Translations under genes and position numbers: made by a program
Assembly (NCBI GenBank): GCA_016192915.1
Contig: JACPTF010000002.1
Coordinates: 67,530-131,529 of the forward strand
DNA length: 64,000 nucleotides
Source of the DNA: Candidatus Woesearchaeota archaeon
GTDB taxonomy: Archaea > Nanobdellota > Nanobdellia > Woesearchaeales > UBA10216
Direction of reading: 5' to 3'
Shown here: positions 20,089 to 29,778 of the stretch, piece after piece
Layout of the letters: every line of letters begins with the position of its first letter
Position numbering within the stretch: the first letter of the stretch is position 1
Notes under the pieces: generated by a model
What the model was told of the DNA's origin: nothing
Database searches by the model: none
The model's input: the letters and a program-made list of their open reading frames with translations, nothing else

Positions 20089-20568
20089 ATGACGGTAAAC
20101 AGAAGAAAGAAGGACGTGAAGCAGCGCGGCAGCCACACACACGGCTGGGGCAGCAAGAAGAAGCACCGTGGCTCAGGCAACCGCGGCGGGAAGGGCATGG
20201 CCGGAACCGGAAAAAGGGGCGATGCGAAGAAGCCTTCAATCTGGCAGGAAGAGTATTTTGGGAAGCACGGCTTTGTCCACAAGAACGCAACGCAGGTTGA
20301 GGCAGTTAATGTGGAGTTTATTGACCAAAACATTGAAAAGCTTGTTAAGCTGAATGCTGCAAAACAGCAGGATGGTGTTTTTGTTGTCAACATTGCTGAT
20401 CTGGGCTTCGATAAGCTGCTCGGAAAGGGCAAAGTCACAAAAAAGCTCAGGGTAACAGCAGATTATGCCTCGGCAGGAGCTGTTGAGGCTGTGAAGTCTG
20501 CCGGTGGCGAAGTTGTTTTGCCATCGCAGGCAGCAACTAGAACAAAAGGCGTGAAGGTTTTGGATTGA
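20089..20568 (+). CDS. rpl15: 50S ribosomal protein L15
   Basis: RGSHTHGWG..HRGSGNRGGKGMAG, KLLGKG. Confidence 0.96.
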   Translation: MTVNRRKKDVKQRGSHTHGWGSKKKHRGSGNRGGKGMAGTGKRGDAKKPSIWQEEYFGKHGFVHKNATQVEAVNVEFIDQNIEKLVKLNAAKQQDGVFVVNIADLGFDKLLGKGKVTKKLRVTADYASAGAVEAVKSAGGEVVLPSQAATRTKGVKVLD

Positions 20569-20588
20569 ACCTTTTCGCAAAAGGGACA
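20557..20588 (-). repeat. Family A repeat, inverted copy overlapping the rpl15 stop codon
   Basis: Reverse complement TGTCCCTTTT-gcg-AAAAGGTTCAATCCAAAAC. Confidence 0.85.
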
Positions 20589-20589
20589 A

Positions 20590-21969
20590 ATGGGACTTAA
20601 AGACATACTGCTCAATCTGCCTGAGGTTTCCTCGCCTGCCGAGCGCAAGCTGCCTTTCAAGGAGAAGCTCAAGTGGACTGGCATTATCCTTTTATTATTC
20701 TTTGCGCTCGGGCTCATATCCCTCCATGGCTTGGGCGCGAACTCTTTGGCACAGTTCCAGTTCCTTTCCATCATCCTCGGAGCAGAGTTCGGTTCCATAA
20801 TTTCTTTGGGCATTGGCCCTATTGTTACGGCTTCCATCCTGCTGCAGCTGCTTAACGGCTCCGGAGTTTTGAAGTTTGACCTTACAACCCCTGACGGCAA
20901 AAGGATGTTCCAGGGCGTGCAGAAGGCTCTGGTTTTTGCATTCATTATTTTTGAGTCTGCCATTTATGTTTACACTGGCGGGCTTTCTCCCGGTCCTCAA
21001 GGCAGCAACCTGTCACTTGTGCTTCAGCTCATAATAGGGGGTTTGCTTATCCTGTTCATGGATGAGGTTGTGAGCAAGTGGGGCTTTGGCTCTGGTGTCA
21101 GCCTGTTTATTGCAGCTGGTGTTTCAAAAGAGATAATGATAAGGCTGCTCAGCCCTCTTAGCTCTTCCGGAAGCCTTGCTTTTGCCTCTGGAGAGGCTCC
21201 TGTTGGCGCCCTACTTGCCATGCTTTACTTTTTTGTGCAGGGTGATTTTCGCGAGGTCCTTGCCAACCTGCTGGTCATTGGCACAACGCTCCTTGTTTTT
21301 GTCATAGCTGTTTACGCCCAGTCAATGAAGGTTGAGCTGCCCCTGTCCTTTGGAAGGATTCGCGGCCACGGCATCAGGTGGCCCCTTGCTTTCATCTACA
21401 CTAGCAATATTCCGGTTATTCTTACTGCGGCGCTCCTTGCCAATATCCAGCTCTGGGCAAGGCTGCTGCAGAACAGGGGATTTACATTTTTGGGAACAAT
21501 TAACCCTGACGGGGGCGCAACAGGGTTCATCTCACTAATACAGCCCCTTAATCTTGTCAGTACATTCTCTACAGGCGGCGTTAACTGGGCTGATGCAGTT
21601 CCCAGGATAGTTGTCTTCACCCTTTTGATGATACTTGGGGCAATCCTGTTCTCGCTTTTCTGGGTTAAGACAGCAGGTATGGACGCAAGGAGCCAGGCAA
21701 GGCAGATAATGTCCTCCGGGCTGCAGATTCCTGGCTTCAGGAGGGATGAGCGTGTTGTTGAAAGCCTGCTGGACAGGTACATTCCTGCACTGACTGTGAT
21801 GGGGGCAATAACAGTTGGCTTCCTTGCGGCTTTTGCAGATGTAATGGGTGCATTGACCTCCGGCACAGGCCTGCTCCTGACCGTCATGATTGTTTACAAG
21901 CTGTATGAGGAGATTGCGCAGCAGCACGCTGTTGACATGAACCCAATGCTGAGGAAATTCATTCAGTAA
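20590..21969 (+). CDS. secY: Preprotein translocase subunit SecY
   Basis: LGIGPIVTASILLQLL, KWGFGSGVSLFI, YTSNIPVIL, GTGLLLTV. Confidence 0.98.
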   Translation: MGLKDILLNLPEVSSPAERKLPFKEKLKWTGIILLLFFALGLISLHGLGANSLAQFQFLSIILGAEFGSIISLGIGPIVTASILLQLLNGSGVLKFDLTTPDGKRMFQGVQKALVFAFIIFESAIYVYTGGLSPGPQGSNLSLVLQLIIGGLLILFMDEVVSKWGFGSGVSLFIAAGVSKEIMIRLLSPLSSSGSLAFASGEAPVGALLAMLYFFVQGDFREVLANLLVIGTTLLVFVIAVYAQSMKVELPLSFGRIRGHGIRWPLAFIYTSNIPVILTAALLANIQLWARLLQNRGFTFLGTINPDGGATGFISLIQPLNLVSTFSTGGVNWADAVPRIVVFTLLMILGAILFSLFWVKTAGMDARSQARQIMSSGLQIPGFRRDERVVESLLDRYIPALTVMGAITVGFLAAFADVMGALTSGTGLLLTVMIVYKLYEEIAQQHAVDMNPMLRKFIQ

Positions 21970-22023
21970 GATAAGTTTTTAAGTTACGGCAAAATTGATA
22001 AGCATTCAGCGGAAGTGATAAAA

Positions 22024-22785
22024 ATGGGCATGCTTGATTTTATGGACATTGTGCTGAATTTACCTCCTGCCATTTCCATCCTTATTGTTTCGGTGTTTGT
22101 CTCTTTGGTTACAACCCTGGTTTACAAGTACACGACCAACCAGAAGGTTATGAAGGAGATTAAGGATGATGTTAAAAGGATGCAGGCTGAGGTTCGCTCG
22201 ACAAAAGAGCCTGGCAGGGCAGCCCAGCTGCAGAAGGAGATGATGGGCAGGTCTATGCAGCAGATGAACTCTTCCTGGAAGTCTATGCTCATAACAATGG
22301 TTCCGCTTTTCCTGATTTTCGGCTGGATGAGCTCAAACATGGCTTATGAGCCTATAATGCCTGGTGAAGAGTTTGCAACAATAGCTAATTTTGCTGAAGG
22401 AACAGAAGGATTTGCCTCCCTCGAAGCTGCTGGCGGGCTGCAGTTGCTCACAAACTCGACACAAGCCATTTCAGGCAGTAAAGCAGTTTGGCGCTTGAAG
22501 GCTGAAGGCGAAGGCACTTACCTGCTGAGCTTCAGCTTTGGGGATGAAGTTTACACTAAAAAAGTTTTAGTGACAATGCAGCAAAGGTATGAGAAGCCTG
22601 TCCTTGACAAGTCAAGCGGAATAAAGAAAGACAGCAAGGTTAAAAGCATCTTGACAGGCCTGAAGCCTGTAAGGCCCTTCGGAAGCCTCTCCTTGTTTGG
22701 CTGGATGCCTGGCTGGCTTGCTACCTACCTCATATATTCAATTGTCGCATCAATTCTTGCAAGAAAGTGGCTTAAGGTCCACTAA
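22024..22785 (+). CDS. EMC3/TMCO1 (DUF106) membrane insertase family protein
   Basis: TM-coiled coil-TM layout, GWLATYLIYSI end, canonical position after secY. Confidence 0.85.
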   Translation: MGMLDFMDIVLNLPPAISILIVSVFVSLVTTLVYKYTTNQKVMKEIKDDVKRMQAEVRSTKEPGRAAQLQKEMMGRSMQQMNSSWKSMLITMVPLFLIFGWMSSNMAYEPIMPGEEFATIANFAEGTEGFASLEAAGGLQLLTNSTQAISGSKAVWRLKAEGEGTYLLSFSFGDEVYTKKVLVTMQQRYEKPVLDKSSGIKKDSKVKSILTGLKPVRPFGSLSLFGWMPGWLATYLIYSIVASILARKWLKVH

Positions 22786-22818
22786 CACATACGTGCTAGT
22801 GGCTGGCGGTGATGGAGA

Positions 22819-23100
22819 ATGATTGACGTTGGAAGGCTGTGCGTTAAGACCGCAGGCAAGGACGCAGGCAAGAGCTGTGTCGTGGTTGAGGTTGTTGACG
22901 ATAATTTTGTTGTTGTTGATGGCCAGCTGAAACGGAAGAGGTGCAACGTAGACCACCTTGAGCCTTCACATCACCAGCTTCCGGTGGCGGCCGGCTCTTC
23001 TCATGAGGAGGTTGTTGACGCCCTCGGGGCTGTTGGCATTGATGTTGCTGTTCCTGAGAAAAGAGCTAAGAGGCCAAAGGCTGAAAAATCTAAAGGCTAA
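22819..23100 (+). CDS. rpl14e: 50S ribosomal protein L14e
   Basis: VGRLCVKTAGKDAGK, KRKRCNVDHLEP. Confidence 0.95.
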   Translation: MIDVGRLCVKTAGKDAGKSCVVVEVVDDNFVVVDGQLKRKRCNVDHLEPSHHQLPVAAGSSHEEVVDALGAVGIDVAVPEKRAKRPKAEKSKG

Positions 23101-24724
23101 GAAGCAGGTTCAGATTAATCTCAAGCGCCGCAGCCGGAGTTTCTATCCCCCATTTGCTGAGCACAGACGGGCTGATTTCTCCTATGATACCAACGCTTCT
23201 CTTGTTGACAACAATGCTACCAGCCCTTCCTTTTATGAAGGCTGGGTGCTCTGCCGGCAGGATCTCGAATTTTGCAGCTGCAGCAGCTAGCAGTGCCGTC
23301 ACGTATTGCTTCATTTCTGTAAAGTCTGCTTTGGAGTGCGCTGTTATGAACGCAACAGAGTGCCATTCGCTAATCCTGCTGCCTTCCCTTGCAGCCACAA
23401 TGCCTTCCTCAAATATCTTCTGGGGGTAATCCACGTGCTTGTTTTTCGCGAGAACATCAAGCAGCTGCGGCAGCACAGAGTTTCTTACAGCAGAATAAGT
23501 CTCTGACATAAAGTTTTCAAGTTCAACAGCTCCTACTCCCGTTATTAACGAATTTTTGTCTGTGAGTATGTGGCTGAAGATTTCCTGGAAGCCCATTCCA
23601 ATGATGGTTTTTCTCAGCAGGTTTATGGCCGGTGCAGAATCTACAGGCATGCCTATTGTGTAGCTACTGAGCGGCTCATCAGCTATTTTGTCGTAGCCGT
23701 AAGCTATTGCCACGTCCTCAATGACGTCAACAGGGTGCATTATGTCCGCCCTGTAGTGGGGCACAGAAGCGTAACTGCCCACAAAGTCATAGCCCGCTCT
23801 TTCCAGCAGCTGCTTGAGCTGGGGGTTGTTAAGCTTTAAGCCGGTGCCTTGTTCAACCATCTCTGGCGTTATTTTCACCTTTTCCGGTTTCAAGAGGGGG
23901 GTTATTACGTTTCTTCCTTTATATGCGATAGTTGCTGAGAATATTTCAAACCCCCTGTCGGCAAGATTCTGTGCAAATATGCTGGCTGCAAGGTTTACCG
24001 ATTCCTCATCAGTGCCTGTTGCTTCGAAAAGAAGCTCGTTGTCACCAATCTCAAGCCTTCCTGTAGAGCTTGAGTTTATTATCGGCGGGAAGCTGAGTGC
24101 TTCACCCTTGTCATCCAAAAGCAGGGGGTATGCGGAAAATCCCTTAAGTATCCAGCTGTACTGCTGCCCTTTAGGATGCTGCTGCAGTATCTGGTTGAGG
24201 TTCATTTCCTTGTTGAAATCAAGGGGGACAAACCTTGCGGATGCCGGATCAACAGCCTTGTAATGCACTGGGAAGGTTATTTTTTTGTAGGCATACATGC
24301 CTATTGAAACCTTCTGCCTTCTGCGGCCGTAGCTTTCGCAGAACTTTTCCTGCATCTGCACAAGCTGCTTCAGGGTATAGTCATCAATCCTCTTCCCTTT
24401 GGCAACAAAAGCTGTGATGTATGGCCTTACATTCCTAACAGAATCTTCAACAAGTATTTTGTATCTGCTGTTGCTCACTTTTAATTTTGGCATTCCTTTT
24501 TGCTGCCCAAGGATGCCTTTGAATAACCTGGCCAGGCCTTCAGGGCACCAAAGGTACGGGAGGTTTGTGTCGTCCAGCTTTACTGCTATCTCGTCTGTTC
24601 TTTTGTCGTAGCTTTCAACTTCTGCCTTTGCATAAAGAAGCAGAATGTTTTCAAACTCCTCAACAGGCATTCTCTTCCCAAGCAGTTGCTGAAAATCCTT
24701 GAACAAAAAGCTTATCGTCGGCAT
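23090..24724 (-). CDS. pheT: Phenylalanine-tRNA ligase beta subunit
   Basis: MPTI start, SFPPIINS, YRADIMHPVDVIEDVAIAYGY. Confidence 0.96.
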   Translation of the reverse strand: MPTISFLFKDFQQLLGKRMPVEEFENILLLYAKAEVESYDKRTDEIAVKLDDTNLPYLWCPEGLARLFKGILGQQKGMPKLKVSNSRYKILVEDSVRNVRPYITAFVAKGKRIDDYTLKQLVQMQEKFCESYGRRRQKVSIGMYAYKKITFPVHYKAVDPASARFVPLDFNKEMNLNQILQQHPKGQQYSWILKGFSAYPLLLDDKGEALSFPPIINSSSTGRLEIGDNELLFEATGTDEESVNLAASIFAQNLADRGFEIFSATIAYKGRNVITPLLKPEKVKITPEMVEQGTGLKLNNPQLKQLLERAGYDFVGSYASVPHYRADIMHPVDVIEDVAIAYGYDKIADEPLSSYTIGMPVDSAPAINLLRKTIIGMGFQEIFSHILTDKNSLITGVGAVELENFMSETYSAVRNSVLPQLLDVLAKNKHVDYPQKIFEEGIVAAREGSRISEWHSVAFITAHSKADFTEMKQYVTALLAAAAAKFEILPAEHPAFIKGRAGSIVVNKRSVGIIGEISPSVLSKWGIETPAAALEINLNLLLSL

Positions 24725-24728
24725 TTTT

Positions 24729-26270
24729 CTAAACCACCTTTGAGCTTCTCAAAAAGTTGAGGTCATGGCTGAAAAGCTCCCTTATGTCATTCAGGCCAAG
24801 CTTGAACATGGCTATCCTGTCGATGCCTATGCCCCATGCTATTACGGGGACTTGCTTTCCGATGAGCGGCTTTACCATTTCCGGCCTGAATATTCCGGCT
24901 CCTGCCAGTTCCATCCATCCAAGCTCGGGATGTTTGGCATAAAGCGCTGCTGATGGCTCTGTGAATGGGAAATATGATGGCACTACTTTTACCTTGTCTG
25001 TATTGCAGAACTCCCTTGCAAAGAGTTTCAGCAGTCCAATCATGTGCCTCAGGTTCACTCCTTCTTCCAGAACTATGCCTTCAACCTGGTTGAAGTCTGC
25101 AAGGTGCTTCACGTCTATCACATCGTAGCGGAAGCACCTGCCTATTGCGAAATACTTTCCCGGTATTTTCAGGTCTTCGGATGCCAGCTTTCTTGAGCTG
25201 CACGCTGTGGTCTGGGAACGCATAAGCAGCCTTGATGTTTTTTCCTCGCTGAACTCATACCTCCATCCCTTGCTTCCGGTACCAAAGCCGTTTTCATGCG
25301 CTGTCTTGACTTTTTTAACAAGTTGCCGCGGCAAGTCTGTTGCGTATTTCGGCTCTTTAATGTAGTAAGCGTCGTGAATGTCCCTTGCAGAGTGGAACTG
25401 CGGCATGAACAGGGCGTCCATGTTCCAGAACTCGCTCTCTACAATCGGCCCGGTCATCTCCTCAAAGCCCATTGAAACAAACTTCTCCCTTATCTCTTCA
25501 AGGAATTCCCTGTAGGGCTGTGGCTTTCCGAAGAATACTCTTGGCGCAGCCGCTGTTAAGTTGTAGCTTCTGAATTCTGCGCTCTTCCATTTTCCTGTGA
25601 CAAGCATCTCTGGCGTAAGCCTGTCAACAGTTTCTGTCGCCGTTGATGCCTTTTTCAGTACTTCTTTGCCAAGTTCTGTTATGGCAGCAGTCCTTTTCTT
25701 TACGACTTCTTCCTCTATCACGTCTTTTCTCTTTTTCAGTTCGGCAACAATGTTCTTTTCCTCATCTGACAGGTCATTGATGCCAACCGGGAAGTTTCTT
25801 CCGGAAAGGAATCGTTGTGCCCTGAGCCCTGCTTTTGCAATCTGCCTTCCGCTTTCAGTTATTTTAAATGTCTTTTCAGCCGCAGCCGCAACAGGTTCTA
25901 TGGCTTTGACCCTCATCAGTGCGCCAATGCTTGCGCCTATCTCCTCATCGCTGAGGTTTGCCGCTTTTTTTATCACAGCCAGTGTTTGTGGTTTGTTTGC
26001 AATAGAATTCAGGAATCTCGCTTCCGGCAACAGTAATTTCACGTAGTTCTTGCCGTTTTCGCCAAGCCGAATAATCTCCTCAATCTTCTCAGTTAACTTG
26101 GCAAGCCCCTTGTTCTGGAGCCACTGCAATGCGCGTAGAACTTCTACCTCCTGCATCCTTGCTGCCGCCACTATGTCTTTCACAGAGCTGAGCTTGCTGA
26201 GATGGGGCAGCACTGCCCTTTCAAGCCTGTGCAGCGATGCTGCCATTTCCGCTGTTTTTCCTGCTATCAT
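24729..26270 (-). CDS. pheS: Phenylalanine-tRNA ligase alpha subunit (archaeal type)
   Basis: FWNMDALFMPQFHSARD, YFPFTEPS, GIFRPEM, AWGIGIDR. Confidence 0.96.
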   Translation of the reverse strand: MIAGKTAEMAASLHRLERAVLPHLSKLSSVKDIVAAARMQEVEVLRALQWLQNKGLAKLTEKIEEIIRLGENGKNYVKLLLPEARFLNSIANKPQTLAVIKKAANLSDEEIGASIGALMRVKAIEPVAAAAEKTFKITESGRQIAKAGLRAQRFLSGRNFPVGINDLSDEEKNIVAELKKRKDVIEEEVVKKRTAAITELGKEVLKKASTATETVDRLTPEMLVTGKWKSAEFRSYNLTAAAPRVFFGKPQPYREFLEEIREKFVSMGFEEMTGPIVESEFWNMDALFMPQFHSARDIHDAYYIKEPKYATDLPRQLVKKVKTAHENGFGTGSKGWRYEFSEEKTSRLLMRSQTTACSSRKLASEDLKIPGKYFAIGRCFRYDVIDVKHLADFNQVEGIVLEEGVNLRHMIGLLKLFAREFCNTDKVKVVPSYFPFTEPSAALYAKHPELGWMELAGAGIFRPEMVKPLIGKQVPVIAWGIGIDRIAMFKLGLNDIRELFSHDLNFLRSSKVV

Positions 26271-26368
26271 GGTTGAATCATTCAACACCGGTGTGCTTAT
26301 TTAAAGGTTTTGGGGCACGCTCTGCAAAAGATTAATAAGGCTGCAGAAATAGAAGATTTTGAAAGAAA

Positions 26369-26920
26369 ATGAGTGGCGTGGGCAGCATTATTAAAAAACT
26401 GAAGGAAGGCGACATTATCCTGGTAAGCGAGAAAGGGCTGAAGCACAGCCTGAACAGGGCATTAGGCAGGAGCAGGTGGCACCATATCATGCTATACATA
26501 GGGCAGGGCAGGGTGCTTGAGGCAACCCCGAGAAAAGGCTGCCATATTTCAAAGCTTGACCTGGCAAAAGAGTGTTATCTGGGGTTCAAAGCGCTGCGAC
26601 CTGCCAAGATTAATGATTTATCACGAAGAAAGGTAGCGGCAACAGCTGTCAAGATATTCCTTGGCAGAAAGTTTGACTGGCGGCAACTGATAAAGGTCTT
26701 TTTCAGAAGGCAACTAGTGTTTGCAGGCAATAACGGCAGGGCGTGCAGGCCTGGCTACAAATGCAATTTCGGCAGCGTTATATGCTCAAACCTTGTAGCT
26801 ATGTCATACCACCTGGAAGGCTGCAGCATAAGTGACAAGTGGGCTCCAGAATATGTAATGCCAAGGGATTACGACAAGGTAAAGGAATTTGACATAGTAC
26901 TTGAAAGAAAGCTTGAGTGA
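26369..26920 (+). CDS. Permuted papain-like NlpC/P60 (YiiX/YebB family) enzyme
   Basis: GDIIL..SRWHHIMLYIG..EA (His) precedes CSNLVAMSY (Cys); VMPRD end. Confidence 0.8.
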   Translation: MSGVGSIIKKLKEGDIILVSEKGLKHSLNRALGRSRWHHIMLYIGQGRVLEATPRKGCHISKLDLAKECYLGFKALRPAKINDLSRRKVAATAVKIFLGRKFDWRQLIKVFFRRQLVFAGNNGRACRPGYKCNFGSVICSNLVAMSYHLEGCSISDKWAPEYVMPRDYDKVKEFDIVLERKLE

Positions 26921-26933
26921 TGTTGAGGGAAAA

Positions 26934-27530
26934 ATGCAACTCGGATCAGAGATGAAAAGGCTCAGGGATGCGCATAACCTAATTAAAAGGCTTCGTGAAG
27001 CTGACATCATCCTGGTAAGCGAGAAAGGGCTGCTTCATGACATCAACAGGATGTTGCAAAGGAGCAAGTGGCACCACGTAATGCTATACATAGGGAATGG
27101 CCGCACAATTGAAGCCACCCCGAAAAAAGGCGCTCATATATGCGACCTTATGTATGACCTTACAGAAAAGGAATACTTTGCTTACAAAGTCTTAAGAAAT
27201 AAAAAACTCACCAAAGCTCAAAAGAAGAAAGTGGTAAGCGTGGCACTGAAGTTCTTTTTGGGCAAAAAGTTCTCATGGGTTCAGTATGCGAAAATAGTTT
27301 TAGGCAGGTCGCTGCGCTGGAGAAAGGAAGGCAACAAAAGCCTTGTGTGCAAGCCTGGGCACAAGTGCGTCATTGAAAGCGTTGCGTGCTCAAACATGGT
27401 GGCAATGGCTTATTATGAAGCTGGCTTTCCAATAAGCGAGCGCTACATGCCCGAATACGTTGTGCCTAAGGACTATGAAGAATCGAAAGCGCTTTCTAAA
27501 CTAACAGAAGGCAAGATATTGTCGCGTTAG
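26934..27530 (+). CDS. Second permuted papain-like NlpC/P60 enzyme (tandem paralog)
   Basis: DIILVSEKGL, SKWHHVMLYIG, CSNMVAMAY, VVPKDY. Confidence 0.8.
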   Translation: MQLGSEMKRLRDAHNLIKRLREADIILVSEKGLLHDINRMLQRSKWHHVMLYIGNGRTIEATPKKGAHICDLMYDLTEKEYFAYKVLRNKKLTKAQKKKVVSVALKFFLGKKFSWVQYAKIVLGRSLRWRKEGNKSLVCKPGHKCVIESVACSNMVAMAYYEAGFPISERYMPEYVVPKDYEESKALSKLTEGKILSR

Positions 27531-28393
27531 AATTTCATGCTTCTTAACCTTTGTAGGCGGGCTTCGAGCGGAGGGTGCGTTGAAAACAACGATATTAAGC
27601 CGTGCCCCTTCAACGGATTCACAATAAACAAACTGGCTGTTGCCTCGTTGCCCATGCCCATTTTGTGGTGAAGGGCTGCCTTGTCAAGCTTAGCAAGGGC
27701 AGAAGCCAAGGGCTCAGAATCCCTTATTATGGCAGCACCGCTGTGGTCAGCGAGGTACTCCCTGGAGCGGGAAATCGCGAGCTGCAAAATCATGGCTATA
27801 ATTGGGGTAATTATCGCGAGGGCAAGAAGGGTAATAGCGTTGCCACCTCCCCTATCATCCCGCCTGCCGCCACCGAATATTGCAGCGAACTGTGCCATGT
27901 GAGCAAGGTAAGAGATAACACCAGCTATTGTGGCTGCAATTGTTGTGACAAGGATATCCCTGTTCTTTACATGGCTGATTTCATGGGCAATAACGCCTTT
28001 AAGCTCCTTATCTGTGAGAAGTTTCATAATGCCTTCTGTGCAGGCAACAGCCGCATTTTTGGGATTCCTGCCTGTGGCAAATGCATTAGCTGCTTCTGTT
28101 GGAATAATGTAGACTTTCGGCTTTGGAATATTAGCTGCTGCTACAACTTCTTCAACGATTTTGTGAAGATGGGCATGCGTTTTTTTGTCAGCTGGCTTGG
28201 CCCTGTACATTGCCAGCACAATCTTGTCAGAAAACCAGTAAGCGCCAAAGTTCATCAGGACAGAGAATATTAAGGCTGCGAAAAGCCCTGCCTGACCGCC
28301 AAGAAGCCTGCCAACTGCCAAAAGAAGGCCTGTCAAGAGGCCAAGCAGCACTACAGTCTTAATCTGGTTGCCAAAACTCACGTTTTTGGGCAA
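27527..28393 (-). CDS. htpX: Zinc metalloprotease HtpX (M48)
   Basis: NAFATGRNP, HEISH, SRSREYLAD, FSTHPP. Confidence 0.96.
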   Translation of the reverse strand: MPKNVSFGNQIKTVVLLGLLTGLLLAVGRLLGGQAGLFAALIFSVLMNFGAYWFSDKIVLAMYRAKPADKKTHAHLHKIVEEVVAAANIPKPKVYIIPTEAANAFATGRNPKNAAVACTEGIMKLLTDKELKGVIAHEISHVKNRDILVTTIAATIAGVISYLAHMAQFAAIFGGGRRDDRGGGNAITLLALAIITPIIAMILQLAISRSREYLADHSGAAIIRDSEPLASALAKLDKAALHHKMGMGNEATASLFIVNPLKGHGLISLFSTHPPLEARLQRLRSMKF

Positions 28394-28548
28394 AGAGCCT
28401 TGAGTTTAAAAAGATTGTTGAAATACACTCGGCAAGATTATACGAATTATAACTGCCATACTATAACAGTTGTTTTATAAAATATATTTTTAAGAAACAG
28501 TAAAGTATTTATACAAATCTTGCCAGGTAATAAAATAAGGTTGGGGGG

Positions 28549-29127
28549 ATGAATAAATTGGTTAAATCCAAGGTATACAGAAAAGTATACAAAATAAGCA
28601 GCGGCAAAACTAAAGCCAGGCCAATCAAGAAGCTTGAGGCCAAAATAGTTGATGCTATCATATCATCTGCCGGGGAGGGCGCTGCCAAGCTTGCCGGGCT
28701 AATGACAGAGCAGAGAAACGTTTCTGAGTTCGAGATAGCCAGAAGCACGCGGCTTGACATACAAACTGTAAGGAACACACTTTACAAGCTCCACAGCAGC
28801 AACCTTGCCGATTACAAAAGGGTAAAGGATAATACTGAAGGGATATACATAAGCTACTGGACATTCAACAAGGCAACCGCAAAAGAGCTTTTCGTGAAAC
28901 TGCAAAAAGAAAAGCTGCAAAGGTTCAGGGAAAGGCTGGAAGCAGAGACAAGCAATGTAAACTGCTACTTCATATGCCCATCTGCCTGTACAAGGGCTGA
29001 TTTCACCATGGCCGAGCAACAGAGATTCAGGTGCGAGGAGTGCGGAAAGCTCATGATGCAGGATGACAACACGAGAACCATTGACTTCTTAAGGGAAAAA
29101 GTCAGGGAGATGGAGGCTGTTGCATGA
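28549..29127 (+). CDS. tfe: Transcription factor E alpha
   Basis: Winged helix (SEFEIA..VRNTLYKL..YISYW) plus Zn ribbon CPSAC..FRCEECG. Confidence 0.85.
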   Translation: MNKLVKSKVYRKVYKISSGKTKARPIKKLEAKIVDAIISSAGEGAAKLAGLMTEQRNVSEFEIARSTRLDIQTVRNTLYKLHSSNLADYKRVKDNTEGIYISYWTFNKATAKELFVKLQKEKLQRFRERLEAETSNVNCYFICPSACTRADFTMAEQQRFRCEECGKLMMQDDNTRTIDFLREKVREMEAVA

Positions 29128-29170
29128 CCCCTTTTTCTTTTGCGAAAAGAAAAAGCCGTCAATGGGAAAA
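29125..29170 (+). repeat. Diverged family A-like hairpin starting at the tfe TGA
   Basis: TGACCCCTTTTTCTTTT-gcg-AAAAGAAAAAGCCGTCAAT. Confidence 0.55.
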
Positions 29171-29231
29171 AGAAAACAACGAAAAACGATAAGCATTTAA
29201 GCAACCTGCTGTGCCGCGTTTGCAAGGAAAA

Positions 29232-29348
29232 ATGCTTAAGTGCGACAAGTGCGGGTTTCTTCTTACGATGATGCGCGTTCATAAGAACAGGGCTTTCTGC
29301 GATAACTGCAAGGCTTGGCTCGCATGGGCAATTATTATTGCCGAATGA
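29232..29348 (+). CDS. Small zinc-finger protein (38 aa, not in ORF track)
   Basis: MLKCDKCGFLLTMMRVHKNRAFCDNCKAWLAWAIIIAE; two CxxC; ATTTAAG box ~30 nt upstream. Confidence 0.6.
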   Translation: MLKCDKCGFLLTMMRVHKNRAFCDNCKAWLAWAIIIAE

Positions 29349-29700
29349 TATTTGCAATACCTTCTATCTGCCTAAGCTTCGTGTTTTTGAAAAGAAAATT
29401 TCTGAAGCGGTTGTCAACTTTCACACCCAGCTGCTGCAGCAGCGTGTTAAGCCTGCCGTAAAGCTTCCTGCCCTCTGCATCAAGGTCTGTAAGAATTGCA
29501 ACCCGGTCATAATCTTTTGCAACAGCTTCAGCAACAACAAAAAGAGGCTTCTTATTAAGCACGAGGATTAGGCCGCTGTCAACTCCGAGCTTTTCAAGCG
29601 CGGCCTTGTCCTTTTTGCCTTCGACAATCAGGGCTGCCCCTGATTCCAGTGTTTTCAGCAGCAGCTGCCTAAACTCCGAAGCTATTCCTGGCGCAATCAT
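29335..29700 (-). CDS. Small TOPRIM-domain protein
   Basis: LIVEGKKD and ILTDLDAEG motifs. Confidence 0.88.
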   Translation of the reverse strand: MIAPGIASEFRQLLLKTLESGAALIVEGKKDKAALEKLGVDSGLILVLNKKPLFVVAEAVAKDYDRVAILTDLDAEGRKLYGRLNTLLQQLGVKVDNRFRNFLFKNTKLRQIEGIANIIRQ

Positions 29701-29778
29701 CGCACCTGCCGTAGATGCCGGAAGTTAAATACGTTTGCTAAGAAGTTATTTAAACGAAAAAGAGCCACCCACTAGATA

